From Bilabrum cf. latius (Eukaryota), in NCBI GenBank assembly GCA_965178125.1, contig OZ237741.1, positions 1,302,001-1,366,000 of the forward strand: DNA of 64,000 nucleotides. Reading direction: 5' to 3'. Numbering within the stretch: position 1 is the first letter of the stretch; each line of letters starts with the position of its first letter. Below the pieces are notes generated by a model that saw only the letters and a program-made list of their open reading frames with translations, had not been told where the DNA came from and ran no database searches. A program made the position numbers and the translations under genes. Positions 24,704 to 39,300 of this stretch are shown one piece after another.

Positions 24704-26840
24704 ATGGCAGGTGAGTCATGGTAGCTCTCGCTTTGATTTAATGCGACTTCTCGCGTGGCGGGTGCATGTGCCCTGGAATGTTGCCGTAGCTCTGGTCGAG
24801 CATCCCATCACCAAACACTTGTGTGCTGTCGGATCTACTCCAATTGCGTTCGCGCACAGCGCCCTTGACCCTTTATCGCAGCTGCAACTGGCGGGACATT
24901 CTGGGAGAAGCAACAGGTGAGGGAGTTTGTCGCCATTCTGAGCTATCCTACGCTCTCATGCCGGAGCAAGCGTCCGTCGCGTCGACGCTATCACGCCACT
25001 CTGTCTCCTCTCGTTCTCTATCCCGTTGCGCGCGCAGCAATGGCAAATTGACTAGGTAACCACAAAGTTTGAAGTTAAGGTATTGAACCCCGAGCAGGTC
25101 CGGGAATTCTTCTCGTCCTACACGATCTACACGATCACGAGCCCCTTGATCAAGGGCGGGGTGAAGCGTCGCTACAGCGACTTTGACTGGATGCGCACAA
25201 TACTGGTGGCTCGTTTCCACGGGATGGCCGTGCCGCTGCTGCCCGAGAAGCGCGTGGTAGGCAACACGGGCGACGCGTTCGTGGAGGAGCGCAGGCGCGG
25301 GCTCGCCCACTGGCTGCAGATGGTGGTGGCGAACCCCTACCTCAGGCACGACCACACCCTGCGCCTGTTCATGACCGTGCAGACCCCCATGGAGTGGGAG
25401 CAGGCCAAGCGCGCGGCTGCCTCAGGCACGGGCTCCAACCCCGCCGAGAACGAGGGGCTCGGCCAGTGGTTTGGCTGCCTCAGGCACTACCCCATCCCCG
25501 CCGACCACGAGCGGGCCGTGGCCGAGGTGTCTGCCGACCTGAACGAGGCGGAGGCGGACCTCGTGCAGCTCCTGCAGTCGGTCACGGAGTACTACGAGGC
25601 CAGCAAGCGCATGACCAACGCACTCAAGGGCGTGAGGGCGGCCATCCAGGGGGTGGCTGGACACGCCGAGAAGCGGTCCGCCGCCGCCTGCGACACGCTC
25701 GCCCCGAGCAAGGAGCACCTCGGGCTGCTGGCTCGCGTGAGCAAGCAGTGCTCCCAGGGCTGGATGGAGGCCGCCGAGATGAGCGGCTACTGCCCCAACG
25801 AGGTGCAGCTCTTCCTCATGGACGCCGTCATCAAGGAGATCCAGAGGACCCGGAGCGGGAAAGCCCTCATCGCGGTGAGGGAGAGCGCCAAGGCCGCATA
25901 CGCCCGGTCCTGGGAGGAGCTGGACCGCCTGCAGTTCCAGGAGAAGCAGGCGAGGGACAAGGGACAGGAGGCCTACGTGAAGCAGCTCGTGCCCCAGATC
26001 AAGGAGAAGGAGCAGCTGACCAAGCAGCTCAAGGAGAGGCTGGACGACGTGACCAAGGGCGTGCTCCTGTACGAGGCGCGGGCGGTGACCGTGTCCAGGC
26101 TCAGGAGGCTCAAGCAGGCCTTCGGGTCCTTCGCCGCTCTGCAGGTGGCCAGCGGGTCCAAGCAGGAGCAGATCTGGAACAAGTTCCTGGGCGCTGCCCG
26201 CATGACGCACGAGGGGATGGCTGAAGTGGCGCAGAAGGTGCTTGGAGGGAACAGGGGTGCCGACGACACGGTCGGGGCCATGCCGGTGGCACCCGGCGCT
26301 GGGGATGACAGGGCACTCGCTGCGCATGCGGCCGCGGGGGGCACCTCGGACCCTGACGCCATGGCGGGGGAGAGCGATTTCAAGGCGGCCAAGCCACCCA
26401 CGGGGGGAGCCGCCCCTGCCCCTGCCCCTGCCGCTGGGGGCGCCGCGCAGGGGGGTGCCGCAGCCGCAGAATCGGGAGCCAGTGCCGGTAGTGAGGGAGA
26501 GAGCAAGAGCAACGCAGAGCCGGCCGCAGCGCCCGCACCTGCGCCAGCTCCGGCGCCCGAGCCAGCACCAGCACCCGCCCCCGCCCCGGAGCCGGCCGCG
26601 GAGCCCGCACCTGCGCCCGCACCGGCTCCCGAGCCAGCGGCCGCAGACCCCGCCGCCAAGGAGGACGGGGGCGAGGGGGAGGGCGGTGATGCGGCCGCCG
26701 CGGGGGAGAGCCCGGCGGCAGGCGGCGATGGGGAGGACGAGGGCGAGGGCGAGGGGGAGGGCATGGGCTTCGGTGGGGCGGAAGAGTCGCCTTTCGGTGA
26801 TGCGGAGGACTCGCCCTTCGGCGACGCAGACACCTTGTGA
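24704..26840 (+). CDS. PX-BAR sorting nexin; exons 24704-24710, 24882-24916 and 25038-26840; in-frame TAG 25053-25055; Pro/Ala/Glu-rich tail
   Basis: PX motif VKRRYSDFDWMR...VPLLPEK...FVEERRRGLAHWLQ...PYLR, followed by a helical BAR-like region. The spliced start reads MAAATGGTFWEKQQQWQID*VTTKFEVKV. Ends in TGA. Confidence 0.85.
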
Positions 26841-27358
26841 GCGAGCGCGATGTGATGAGTGATGCGTGTGATGAGTGAGGGTTCCGTGGTGCCGATCGTG
26901 CGTCGTGTGTCGCGTGTGGCTGTGGCTGGGCCTGCTCGGCGGGGGCTTTGGGCGGATCGCAGACGATAGACAAGCCAGCCGGGGCGGGGCTCAAGGTCGT
27001 GGCCCCCATGGCAATGCGGCGCGACGGGGCGTCCCATCCCATTCAACCATGCATTGGGTGCCCTGGCGGTCGGAACTGGCCCGGTTTATTCCAGTTGGAA
27101 ATGGAGGTTTGCATTGCTGATAGGGAGTCTTATTACTTTGTCAATGCGTGACCGCACACTGTTCGTGACCGCTCCACGTTCTGCAGCCCTATCCTTGCCT
27201 GCTCGTCGCCGTCGCAAACCAATCTGGATATTGTTTGCCATAAGTGCACGCAACCAGCCTCGGCATCCGATCGACTGGAAAGGTAAAGATTCGGATTGTG
27301 ACGTCGCGTCGTACTGCGTAGAAGGCTCAGTCACATCCTGCTTGTTTAACTAGCTCGG

Positions 27359-30300
27359 ATGGCGTCGCTTTGGCAGGAGCCAAGAGGCAAGAGTCAGCTC
27401 GGAGCCAAGGCTGGGAGCTCCGACGAGAGTGCAGCTTCCGCAATCGCAGTTCGCCCGGATTTACAAGAGGGATCAAGGGTCTGGGTGCCTAACCCGCATG
27501 CAAAGGGTAATGATAGGTGAGATACGAACGCGTAGCTGCATCTGGCTCGCACTGCGGCGGCTGGACTGAACGGATGAAGGTGGATCGGGTCGCTTGGGGA
27601 TGTAAGCGAGCGGTTTGCGGGACCCTGGATGCCACCAAGCCACTGGGTGCTAGCCAGGTGACGTCTCTCTTGCGCTTTGATCTAGCGCATGCAGCCGATT
27701 GACGATCGATTGCGTATTCGCTTGCCTGCAGTGACGTTTGCCTCCCTGCTTGGTCGTTGACCCGGGTGCAGTGCTCGCACCAGTCGACCCCAAGCCGCGC
27801 TGCACCTCTGCCTTGCATTCTCCTTGCAGATATCGAGAAGACTGGATGCCCCCGACGCTGGCCGCGCGCCCCCTCTGGGTGCCTGCCGAGGTCACGGGAG
27901 CCGTCACCTCGCAGGAGGCCGCCTCCTCCAGCCGCCCTGGGGGGAGCCAGGGGCGGGGGGCCGGCCGCCGCTCGCAGCAGGAGCCCGTCGTGTCCGTGGT
28001 AACCTCCTTGCAGCCGCGCATCCCCCTCGTGGTGCCCATTCGGTCCACGCTGCCCATGAACCGCGTCACCGGTGTGGGCGACCACAGCGATTTCGCTCAC
28101 CTGCACGAGGCGGCCGCCCTCTACAACACCATCAGGAGGTTTCTCGAGGGCAGACCCGTCACCAGGGCGGGCGCGGTGGCTGTGCTGCTCAACCCCTGCG
28201 GCGTGGTCACGGACAGGGACGGCGTCTGGGTGAGCCACCCCCTGTACGCGGAGAGGTACGCCACTGCGCCTCCGAGGCATTTGGCCGACTCGCTGCCGGC
28301 GAGGGAAGCCAGGGCGCTGAGGATGCCCCCGCATCCATTTCAGGAAGCCGAGGATGCAGTCAGGGTGAGTTCGAACGGCGCACGGCATTGATTTCTGTTG
28401 TTGTTGTTGGTTGGTCCCGCCCGTGACAGCCAGGTCGCACCCCCCATCTCTCCTGTGCATCCCTACGGATTTTCTCTCTCTCATCGCAGGCTCTCCTGTC
28501 GGGTTCGGACCCGGGAGCCCTCAGGGACCCGCTCTGGAACCTCGAGCAGAGCCTGCGTGGCGGGGCCATCCGCGCCCCCGGGTATGGGGGTGCCGATGCC
28601 AGCGACCCCGAGGCGGGGGTGGGGCTCTACCCCGAGAGCAAGGAGGAGGGCGGGGGCAGCGACCCTGTGCCCGTGCCCGCCCCCTTGCCCGTGCACCAGG
28701 TCATCTCCGCCGCGGGTCCCTCTGGCGGAGGCAAGACGGAGATGCTGCGCCGCGTGCTAGAGTTCTGGTTCATCCGCTCCGAGGTGATCCGATCTGCCTC
28801 CCAGCGGAGGGCCCGCAAGCGGAGGTAGGACGCACTCCTCGGCGGCGGCACCTCCTCATCCTCCGGCAGGAGAGAGGACAAGGGCCCGGGCATCGCCGTG
28901 GATCACCAGGGAACAGGCACAGCCGGGGGCATGGGGGCCCCTCTGGCCCTGCCCTCGGCCCTGCTCCGAGGCAGCGCCCCCTCCTCCAGTAGGTCCTCCC
29001 CCTCCGCACCGAGGTTCGTGCTGGCCCCGCTGCCTCCACCAGGGGCCAAGGAGCTCGACGAGGCTGCTGCGGACGCAGACACTCGGCTGGCGGCAGTGCC
29101 CGCGCCCGTGCGGTTCGCTTCGACGGGCCCCGGTGCCGCCGCCGAGGAAGAGGAGGGGGACGAAGAGGACGAGGAGTACAAGAAGGAAGAGGAGGAAGAC
29201 GAGGACGATGCAGCCGGCAAGGCGGGCCAGCAGGACCAAGGCCAGGGCCAGGGCAAGCTCCCCCGGCCGGTTGTGGTGCCCCCTCCGCTGCCCCCCTCCC
29301 TGGGTACGCCCGGCAATGCCTCGCCCGCCATCCAGGTGCTGCAGGCAGCTGCAGCCTAGCGGGCGGCAGCCGGGCGCGCCACCGGGGGCTTCGGCTCCCG
29401 CTCCCGCGTGGCCCGCGACTCTGTGCTTCCCCTGATCCATCCGGACCTGCAGGCTGGCACGAAGGGCATGCAGCCAGACGTGGCCGCCGCTGTGCGCGCC
29501 GTGCGAGAGGTGCGGAGCGCCACCCTGCGGCAGGCCCGGGGAACAAGCGCGGCCCTGGCCCGCCGCGCGCTGAGCGCCCTGGCTGCCCTGCAGGCCATGA
29601 CCTCTGCACGGTCCGCCGACAACGCGGGGGGCCTGGGCAGCTCTCGCGCCGCGGTGGCCGTGCGGCTGTTCGCGGTGCAGGACGGGAGCGAGGGCGGGGA
29701 GCAGCCTCCGATGACCGGGGGTGCCTCATCATCCGGCGCGGCAGGCAGGAGCAGAGGACCGTCGCCGTCAGCGCCCGGCGGACTCGGTCGCAGCAGCCCT
29801 CACGGGCGCGCGGCCGGGGCATCCCCAGCGGGCCGCGGGGGCGAGGCCGGCGCCGACGCGGAGGGCGCTGCCCCTGACCTAGTGGTGGTGGGCGCCCATG
29901 TGTCCGTTGGGCTGCTGGACGCGTCCCCCGCCGCGGGGGGCGCGGGCATGGCCCCGGCCGCCGCCATCCGCCACGAAGGGGTGCGGGCCAAGGCCAAGGC
30001 AGCGGCGGGTGCCGTGGCTCGAGCTGCCTCGGGTGGGCAGTCCACGGGCGGCTTCCTCCCTGCCCGCTCTCCGCTCGCTGGCGGGGCATCCTTCCCGCCC
30101 CGCTCCGTGAGCGGCACCCGCACGCTGCTGCGGGCCGCCAGCGTGACTCGCCCCGCCTTTGCCGCCTTGCACCTGCTCGCGGAGGGCGGCTTCCCCGACG
30201 ACGAGGCCGAGAGGAGCAACTGCGGGCTGGACGCGCACGTGAGCACCCAGGTGGCGGCGGAGAGGATCCGGCGGGAGACAGTGGCGCGGCTGAGCACCCA

Positions 30301-33300
30301 GGGGGGCCTGCGGGGGCACGCCAAGAGCCAGAGCGAGGGGCACGGGCACAGTGGAGCGCTGGGACCAGACTACGGGGGGTCGGCCTACGGGACCGGCCCC
30401 GAGGCGCTTGCGGAGGCGGTGGTTGACGGGGGGGCCTCGGCGATGGCTGGCACCAAGACACCCGCGGGCCGCCTGGGGTTCCCCGTGCCCATGGGCTGGG
30501 GCTTTCGGGCTCTTAGGCCTTCCATCGCCACCCCTGCGGCCGCCCTGGCGCTGGCAGCCGCGCGGCCCCGGGTGCTGCCCACGGCTGTGGCGCGGCCGGA
30601 AGCGGACCCGGCCCGGCAGTGGCGCTGGCTGGACGCCTGTCTCCGGGACGCTCTTGGGGAACAAGGGGCGGCGGCCGACGTGCTGCGGGCCAACGGAGTC
30701 GGCGGCAGCGGGCTGGGGCTGGGGCCGGGTGGCGGCGCGAGCACAGGTGGGCGCGGCCCGTCGGTCCGTTTCGCCTCTGGGAGCGCCGGCCGCGCGGGGG
30801 GCCCCTCGTCCCCTGTTCCGGCCTCCACGCAGGTGTGGAGGGGCATGGCCGCGGCGCTGCAGCTCACCAACGTGTGCGCGAGGGTGCAGGCGGACGCAGC
30901 AGCGACGGCCCGCCCCGGCCCCTTGTCCGGCTCGCAGGGACGCAGCAAGGAGAGCCCCGCCGCCGCCGTGGTGGTGCGGCTGCAGGCGCGCGTGGCAACC
31001 CCGGCTGGGTCCTCTTCCCGGGAGGCCCTGGCGGCCTCGGCGCGGTGCCTGGGCGTGCAGCAGGGCTCGCTGGCCAGGGCGCTGGCAGCGGGCGTGTCTG
31101 CGGCGAACGCCGAGGCGGACGGCTCCCCCGACGGCGTGGCGGGAGGCTGCGTGGCGACCGCCCGGGGGGGCGGGGCCGACGGAATCGGCGCTTGGGTGGC
31201 GGCGGCCCGTCGCCGAGCGGAGGACAAGGCCGCGGGGGGCGCGCTGGCCTCCAGTGCAGCGGGGAGCGGGCGCTCCAGGGGCCGCGCGCTGACTCCGGCC
31301 TTCTACTCGCAGGCCATGAGCGCGTGCGCGGCTGCCCTGCACGAGGCACTCGTCAGGTGGGTGGCTCGGCGCGCGAACCTCGCCCTTGCACCGCCGGGGG
31401 CGCTGTACGAGGGAGACGTGGGGCGGGCGGCGGCGGGCCTTGCCGAGGCAGCGGCAGCGGCGGGGGCGGGGCTGGAGGGCGACGATCCCGCGAGTGTCCA
31501 CGACCCAGAGGCGCCCCGCCCCGCCCCCGCGGCGTCATACACTCGTCACATCCTGCGCCAGCCCCCGTCGCTGAGTCCGTCCGTCCCTCTGCCGCAGCTG
31601 TCGGTGGTCGACGTGCCGGGCAGCCACGGGGCCATGGACAATGCGGCGTGCCAGGGGAACGACGGCGACGGGGAGGAGTCCTCCTCCACGGGCGCGCAGG
31701 CGGCCAAGAGGGCGGCGCACGCGATGGCTTGTTCCCTGGTGGGGGGAGGGGGGGCCATCGGGGCGGACGGGTCGCTGGCCGCGGGCCCCGGGGCGGGCGT
31801 GGGCGGCGGGTCGCTGGCGCTGGCCGTGGCGGGGGAGCGCGCGGCCGCTGCGATGCGGGAGGGCGTGTGGGGCCGGGAGGCGGAGGTGCTTCGGAGGGAG
31901 TGCGCGGGGGGGGACGACGCTGTGGAGAGGGGCGGGGCGGGGCTGGGGGCGGGGCTGGCGCTGCTGGAGGACGGCCGCTTGGGGCTTGTGGGCGCCGCGG
32001 GGGAGCCTCAGAGCCGGCGCGCGGCCAGGCAGTCGGCCCGTCGCAGGACCAGGGCCAGGGCCGGCGGGGAGGCCTCCTCGTCTCGCGAGAGCGCCATCGC
32101 TGGATGGACACGCGTGGGGGCCATGGCGGCGGGTGCCGCGCTGGAGGACGGCGCGGGGGAGGCGGAGGACGCCTCCATGGTGCAGGAAGTCGACTCGGTG
32201 GAAGCCATGGTGCTGGCCGCCGTGCCGGGGGCGCCTGCAGAGCCGGCGCTGGCAGCTGCGCATCCGTTCCTTGCGCCCGCCCTGGGCATGGGGCGGACGG
32301 AGGGAACAACGCAAGTGGCGGCCGTGCCGGGCGCAGCGGGCACTGGCATGCTGGACGACCACTCGTCACACGCGGGCCTTCCGCTCCGCGTGCGAGGCAC
32401 TGCGGAGGAGCAGCGCGCTCTGCAGCAGTGGCACCAGCGGGCCCGCAGGACCAGCGAGTACCTCGGCCTGACCGTTGCGGGCGCCCAGGGGCACGCGTCC
32501 GCCAGGCGGGTGCTGCCCATCGCCGCGCTCGCGGCGGCGGCGGCGGCTGCGGACGTGTCCGCGCCTGGCGGTGTGCCCCAGGCCCTGGCGTCGCAGGCAG
32601 ACGATGCCGTCGGGCGGGCCGCCGCGGTGGCCCGTCGCAGCGCCGGCGTGTCGGTCGCAGGGGGAGGCGGCGGCCCATCTCCCGCGGGCAAGAGGGCGGC
32701 AGGGGCTGCTGGGGGCTAGGGCGGGGGCAGCGCCCCCAGCAGCCTCGGGGCTCTGCCTCTGCACGGGTGGTCCGTCGGCGTGTCGCTGGCCGCCGGAGAC
32801 ATCGCGCTGGACGCTAGGGGCATGGTCGGGAGCGACGCGGCGGCGGTCGCGCTGGTGCATCCCGGGGGTAGGGCGGCGCCCGGGGCCCAGCACCCGGCGA
32901 TGCGCGTGGAGGTGGTCTCCGGGGGGAAGGGGCCCGGCGGGAGTTCCGGCTCCGGGTCGTTGCCGGCGTCGGCGGGCCCGGCCCCTGCCTCGGCGATGTG
33001 GTGGCCGCTCATGGCCCTGCTGGCCCGCGAGGCGGCCTCGCCCACGGTGCGGGAGGCCGCCGCGGAGTACGTCCGGGACGTGCTGGACCGGGCCGAGGAG
33101 GACGACGCCCCGGGAGCAGGGGTGCACAAGGCGGGTGACATCGAGGCGCACCCGGCTGTCCGCGTGGCGCTCCTGGGTGATGACCGCGGCGCTGCCTCCT
33201 CCTCCTCCTCCTCCTCCTCCTCGTCCTCGTCAGTGGCAGAGGACGGCACGGGGCTGGCCTACCCGCCTCCTCCCGCCGGCGGGTCTGCGGGTGCGGGTGC

Positions 33301-36300
33301 CGCCGCCGAGGGTGCGGATTCCCTTTGTGTGACGAGTGCGCTGGCTCCGGATCAGGGCGAGGTGGTGCCGGTGGGCCTGCTGCGGCACGCCTCCACCCCC
33401 TTCGTGCGGGGCCAGGAAGAGGCCTCCGCCGTGGCGGAGGGGCTGTGGTACGCCACCGAGGCAGCCAGTCCCTCCGTGCAGTGGATGGCCGACGCAGACG
33501 AGGCAGAGGCCAGGGGTCTGGACTCGAGCGCGGTGCCGCCGGCCCACGTGCTGACTCTTCCCACGGCGGCCGCCCTCGCCTCTGGCCCGTGGAGGGTCGC
33601 GCTCCCAGTGACCTCTGCGGCTCAGCAGCGGTGGGCCGTGTGCCTGCCGCCCAACCGCCAGCTGAGGGAGGCATACGCAGACCCTGGCTTTTTGCTGGCG
33701 CTTCTCAGGAGGTACAGGTGCCTTCACGCCGCTGCACTGCGACACAGCGGGCATCCGCACCGGCTGTCCTACGACGACTTTTACCGACGGTACATCTTGC
33801 TGGCCAGCCAGCGAGACCTCACCGACGCGGAGGCTGGTGGCGGGGCGGACGGGGGGCCTGGCGGAGGAGCGAGCCAGTCGCTCGCCCTCACCTCGCCCTC
33901 GGCCTCGGGGTCCCCTCGCACGCGCTGCCGGCGCCTGCTCACGGTGCTCCTGCGGCACCCCGCCTTCGAGGGCGTGGATCCCAGGACGGCGGCCCTGTAC
34001 GGGGCCACTCGCCTGTTCCTCCGGAGGCACGTGTTCGAGGCCCTGGAGACCATGCGGTAGGCCCGGCTCATGGCCATGGACTCGCTGGCCCGAAGGGTGC
34101 AGTCGGCCTGGAGGGGGTACCGCGCCCGGAAGGGCCTCAAGCACATCATGAGGGGCGTCCGGCGGGCGCAGGCGCTGTGGAGGTGCCTGCTGCTGCGATC
34201 CCTGTGGGAGCGGAGGCGGTGGTGCGCCTCTGTGATCCAGCACGCGGTGCGGGGGTGGAGGGCGAGGCGGAGGTTTGCCGCGCTGCGGATGGCCGTGGTG
34301 CGGCTGCAGGCCTGGTGCAAGCGGCTGCGGCACAGGTCCAGGTGGCTCACGATGAGGAGGGGCGTGGCGCTGCTGCACGCACTGGCGAGGGGAGTGGTGG
34401 TGCGGACCCACGTGCTGGCCATGGTGGGGACGGTGATCCGGCTGCAGGCGGCCGCGAGGGGCCTGCTGGGCCGGCTGCGGGTGCGGCGCATGAAGATCGA
34501 GGCGGCCGCCCGCATCCAGGGGGCCTGGCGCGGGTGGCTGGCGCGCACCCGCCACAGCCGCGTGCTGGACTACCTTCGGCTCAAGCGGGTGGAGAGGGCG
34601 GTGCACCGCGCCGCGCGCGTGATCCAGGGGCGGTGGAGGGGCGTGGCGGTCCGGGGGAGGCTGCTGGCGGCGGCCCGCGTGGCGGTCAAGGCGCAGTCGC
34701 TGCTGCGGATGGCCGCCTGCCGCCGGCGGTTCCTGCGGCAGAAAGGCGCGGCGGGCAAGCTGCAGCGATTCTCGAGGGCTCTTGCGGGCCGCAGGGGAGC
34801 GCGCAAGGGGCGCACCCTGGCCGTGCTTGCGGATGCGCTGTGGAGGGCGGACACGTGCCGCCGGAGGGAGGCACTGGCCCTGTACGCGACCTGCGTGGAC
34901 GAGACGGGGGCCACCCGGCGGGCGGATGCCCTGGCCAAAGCGGCGGACCGGGCCGAGACCGAGGCAGAGCGCTCGGGTCTGCTGGGGGCGATGGGCGCGG
35001 ACCACAAGGTGACGCTGGGCCGCGAGACCGTGCTGGACGCCAGCGGCTCCGGAGGCAAGGGCGCTGGCGGCAAGGGTGCGGGGGCCGTGCGGGACCTGAT
35101 GGGGTCGAGATCGGGGGCTGGCGGCAGCGGTGCCGGGGGCCCGTCGGGCAGGCAGTCTGCGCGGGACAAGCGCGGTGGGTTCCTGCGCACCGGTGAGGAG
35201 GCGGGGGCTGCGCTGCAGGGGCCCTCTGCCCCCGCGGCTGCCGGGCAGGGGGCCAAGGCAGGCCCCTCCACGATCGCGGACTCGGCCGCGCAGGCCCTCG
35301 TGCCCACCTCGTACCCGCCCATGCTCTCTGTGCTGGACGTGGACCCCACCATGGACGTGCACGGGTCCTCCTTCCCGCGGGGCATCGTGAGGTCGCTGCT
35401 GGCGGCGGAGCGGGCGGCGCTCTCGGGGGAGGCGCTGGCTGGCGACATGCTGAGGACGCAGGTGGGGCGGCCAGGGGGCGCGCTGGTGGCTGGGCCGGCG
35501 GGCGGGGGCGGGGACGGGGGCGGGGGCTCCGCCGGTGCGGGCGACGGCATCGTGAGGAGCGCGCAGGAGGTCTTCTTCCTGGGGTAGGGGCAAGGGGGGG
35601 ACGCGCTTGGGGACGGGATGGCGGGGGCAGAGGCCCTGGCCCGCGAGCTGGCGCTGGGCATGGTGGGGAGGCAGGCGGCCGGTTTCGGGGTGGTGCTGCC
35701 CAGGCCCCGACGGGGGACGAGGGCAGCTGCCCAGGGCGCGGCGTCCCCTCGGACCCCCAGGGGTGGGCCCCGCACCCCCCGCAGTGGGGTCGCCGTGCAG
35801 GGCAGCCCATTGCACTCGTCACATGGCGGTAGCATGTCCTCTCTCGGGTTTGTTCCCCGGACCCTCGCGCACGAGGCAGCGGCGGGGTCACCATCCGGAT
35901 CCCCGCACTCGTCGCACCATCCGCACCGCATCCAGCTGCCCGCCATGCTGATAGCGTCGCTGCTCCGGCCCGCGGGCGGGGAGTCCCCGGCGTCACTCCT
36001 GTTCGCCCTGCTGCTGGCCGCAGGCCACGCCCCCGCGGTTAAGGCGCACGCGGAGGCCGCGGCGCAGGCGGTGCACCTCGCGTGGCGGGCGAGGAGGGAG
36101 GCGGAGCAGCGGGCCGATATGGGCGCGGGGCAGGGCGAGGGCCAGGGGGTGGATGCGGTGCTGGTGGGTCAGGCCCCCTCTGCCGCTGGCCTCGAGTACG
36201 GCTGGAAGCGCAGCTGTTGGTCCGCCCTGTCCGCCGCGAGTCTGGCCCCGCCCCCCCACGATGAGGAGAGGGCCACCTTCGCGGATACCATGCGGGGCGC

Positions 36301-39300
36301 GGACTCGCCCATGCTCACCAACGGGAGCGTGGGATCCGCCTCTTAGCACCAGCAGCAGCAATCGCAGGGAGGTGCAGGCGGGAATGGTACCAAGATCGCA
36401 TCGCCGGCACCCGCGGGTCGGCGAGGCACCCCTCAGGGGTCAGCGTCCAGGCGAGCCCCCGGCGGGTTCGGGTTCGGGAGCTCCCCGGGCCCGCGCTCCC
36501 CCCTGCAGGCCAGGAGCAAGGAGGCCGAGGTGCAGGAGCTTATGCGGTCCCGCCTCTCGCCGTTCTCCTCCCTGCCGTCTCCCAGCGGGGGCGCGGCGGG
36601 GCAGGGGTCCTCCCCGCACCTGCACCTGCACCACCGCCACCACCACTACCACGGTGCCGGGGTCAGGCTAGGGGCGGCCCCCCGGCAGGCGGGCCAGCGG
36701 GCGGGTTCGTTGGCACTGCACGGCATGGTGGTGCGGCCGTGGGGGGCGGGCCGCGCCCGCTCCGTGGAGGAGGTGGGAATGGGCGAGGGCTTTCTGCTGC
36801 TTCGAATGGGCGGCGGCCTGCTTGCCACCATGGGCTTCGGAGACCATGGGCAGCTGGCCCACGGCGCGAGGGAGAGCGAGCCGAGCGCGAGGGTCTGCGA
36901 GGAGCTGGCGTGGGCGCCTGAGGTGGTGAGCGAGTGGGAGGGCGAGGCGGGGCCCCAGGGGAGGGTCTGGGAGGAGATCGCCTCGGAGCAGGCGGGGATG
37001 GACTGGAAGCGGCCCGCGGTCGGTGCTGGTGCTGGTGCTGGTGCCCAGGGCAGCGACGGCGCGGAGGCCTGTGCGGAGGCCTGTGCCCGCGCTCGCCTGC
37101 CCCTCCTTTCCCCCACCCTGATCGCCCAGCTGGTCAGGGCACACAGAGCCGCGCTGGTGAGGGCCGCGCAGCGCGCCGTGTTCGGGGCTCTCGACAAGCA
37201 GGCGGACGCAGCGGCCAAGGCGCACGCGCAGGCCAGCCACTCTGGAGTCCCCGGCAAGGGGGCGAGGGGACAGGGCTCCAGGGCGGGTTCGTTGGCGGGG
37301 TCTCCCGCGGGCAGGGGCAGGGGCAAGGGATCACGGACGCCGTCGTCCGCGCGCCCTCTTGCGCTGATGGACGACGCTACGGTTGTAACCTCGCGCACGA
37401 GGGGAGGGGGCGGCTCTACGGCGGGCTCGCTGGCTGCTTCGGGCATGTCTGGGGGCTCCTCCCACGCCATGGGCAGGGGCGGGGGCAAGTCCGGTCCCAG
37501 GGCAGGGCCCTCGCTGCTCCGGCGGGTGTCCCAGGTGGCCGCGGGGGCCGACTTCAGCATCGCTCTGACGCAGGGCGGGGAGGTGCTGGCCTGGGGGGAC
37601 AACTCCAGGTGCCAGCTGGGTCTCTCGGCGAGGCCCCCCGCCCCCAAGCAGGGGGCGGTGAGGAGTCCTGCCTGGGACATCATCCACGGGGTGAGCCCCC
37701 AGCCGCTCGCCCGGTCGGCGCGCCCCGTGCAAGTCAAGGGGATCCACCGGCGGTGCGTGCAGGTGTCGGCTGGCGGGTCCTTCGCCGCCGCGCTGGACTC
37801 GAGCGGTCGTGCCTGGCTGTGGGGCCGTGGCGAGTGCCTGGGGCAGGGGTCCCTTGCCGACGTGCTGGGGGACTCGCTCCGGTGGTGGTGGCAGCACACG
37901 GGCAGCATGCCCGAAGCCCAGTGCCAGGCCGAGCGGGAAGACGTGCTCGAGCCCCTGCTGGAGGACGGGGCCTGCGCCGTGCCGCCCGAGGATGCGGACG
38001 AGCTGCTCGCCGCGGTGATGCCTCGGGACGCGCACTCGCTCCCCCCCTTCGACTCGCCCGTGCCCCTGCCCCTCCCCCGCAGGGAGAGGGCCATGCGACT
38101 GTGCGACGCCGAGCCCGACCTCTCCTCCCGCCTCTCCGCCCGGGGAGCGGGCCCCGAGGGGGTCACAGGATCGGATCAGGGGCGAGGCGGGGCGCTCGGC
38201 CGTCCCAGCGCGGCGCTCTCGGGGCCTGAGGCGTGGCCGGCCGCGTGCGCGATGCTGTCGGCAGACGTGGGCAGGGGGGCGGTGCGGATCAACCGCCGGG
38301 CCTTCCACAGACGGCTGGGCGCGCACTCGGACGAGCGGCAGCCCGCGACGGTGGTGCTGGACGGGACGGACCCGGCATCTTCGCACGGGGAGGAGTGGGC
38401 GGGCGGGTATGCTGGGGCGGGCGGGGACAGGCCTGGCGAGATGCCGCAGCCGCTTGACAGCGCGGAGGCGGAGGCGGCCGCGGCCCGTCGGGCCAGCACG
38501 AGCAGCACCTCCTCTGGGCTGAGCGAGGGGAGCACCGGCCTGGGGATGGGGATGGGGATGGGGATGAGGAGGGGCCCGTTCGTGCAGGGGTTCGCGCAGG
38601 GGCAGCGGCTGAGGCAGTTGGTGTGCGGAGAGGAGCATTGCATTGCGGTGTCGCACGGGGGTGCGGTGTTTGCGTTTGGTCGGTGCAGCGAGGGCCAGCT
38701 GGGGCTGGGGCTGGCGGTGGCGATGGCGGGGGGCGCCGCCGCCCGCATGGCTGACGCTGGGCTGGAGGGCCTGGCGAGGGGGAAGGCGTTCGGCGGCGGC
38801 GATTTGCTGTCATCCCCGGGCAGGTCGGGCTTCGCGAGGGGGAGAGAGGCGGGCAGCTCGATCGCAGTGGACCCGCTGACGAGGAAGGTTGCCAGGTTGC
38901 CACTCCCCCGGGGTCTCTGGAGCTGCTTGCAGGAAGATCAGGAGGCGCAGCGGCTGGCTGCATCGGGGCGGGGGGCACCGGGGACCCCGCGCGGGGGGCA
39001 GGGGCACTTGGTAAGCAGCAACGGTGCCGCGGCCATGTCGGGCCCGGGCAGCCCGCCCGCTGCCTCGCAGCAGCGGCTTGACGGCGCTGGGGGCCAGCGC
39101 CCACTCAGCGTGGTTTCCCAGAGCGCCTATTTGCTCGTGCCCACCAGGGTGGACGGCGTGCACACGGCCTCGGCTAGGCGTCGGTCCATCACCCAGCAGC
39201 TGCAGCCCACCATGGACCAGGCCCCTCAGGGTCGGAAGGAAGCCGGGGGCGCCGGGCGGGGTGCCTCCCGCGTGATCCAGGCCGCGGCGAGCACTCGTCA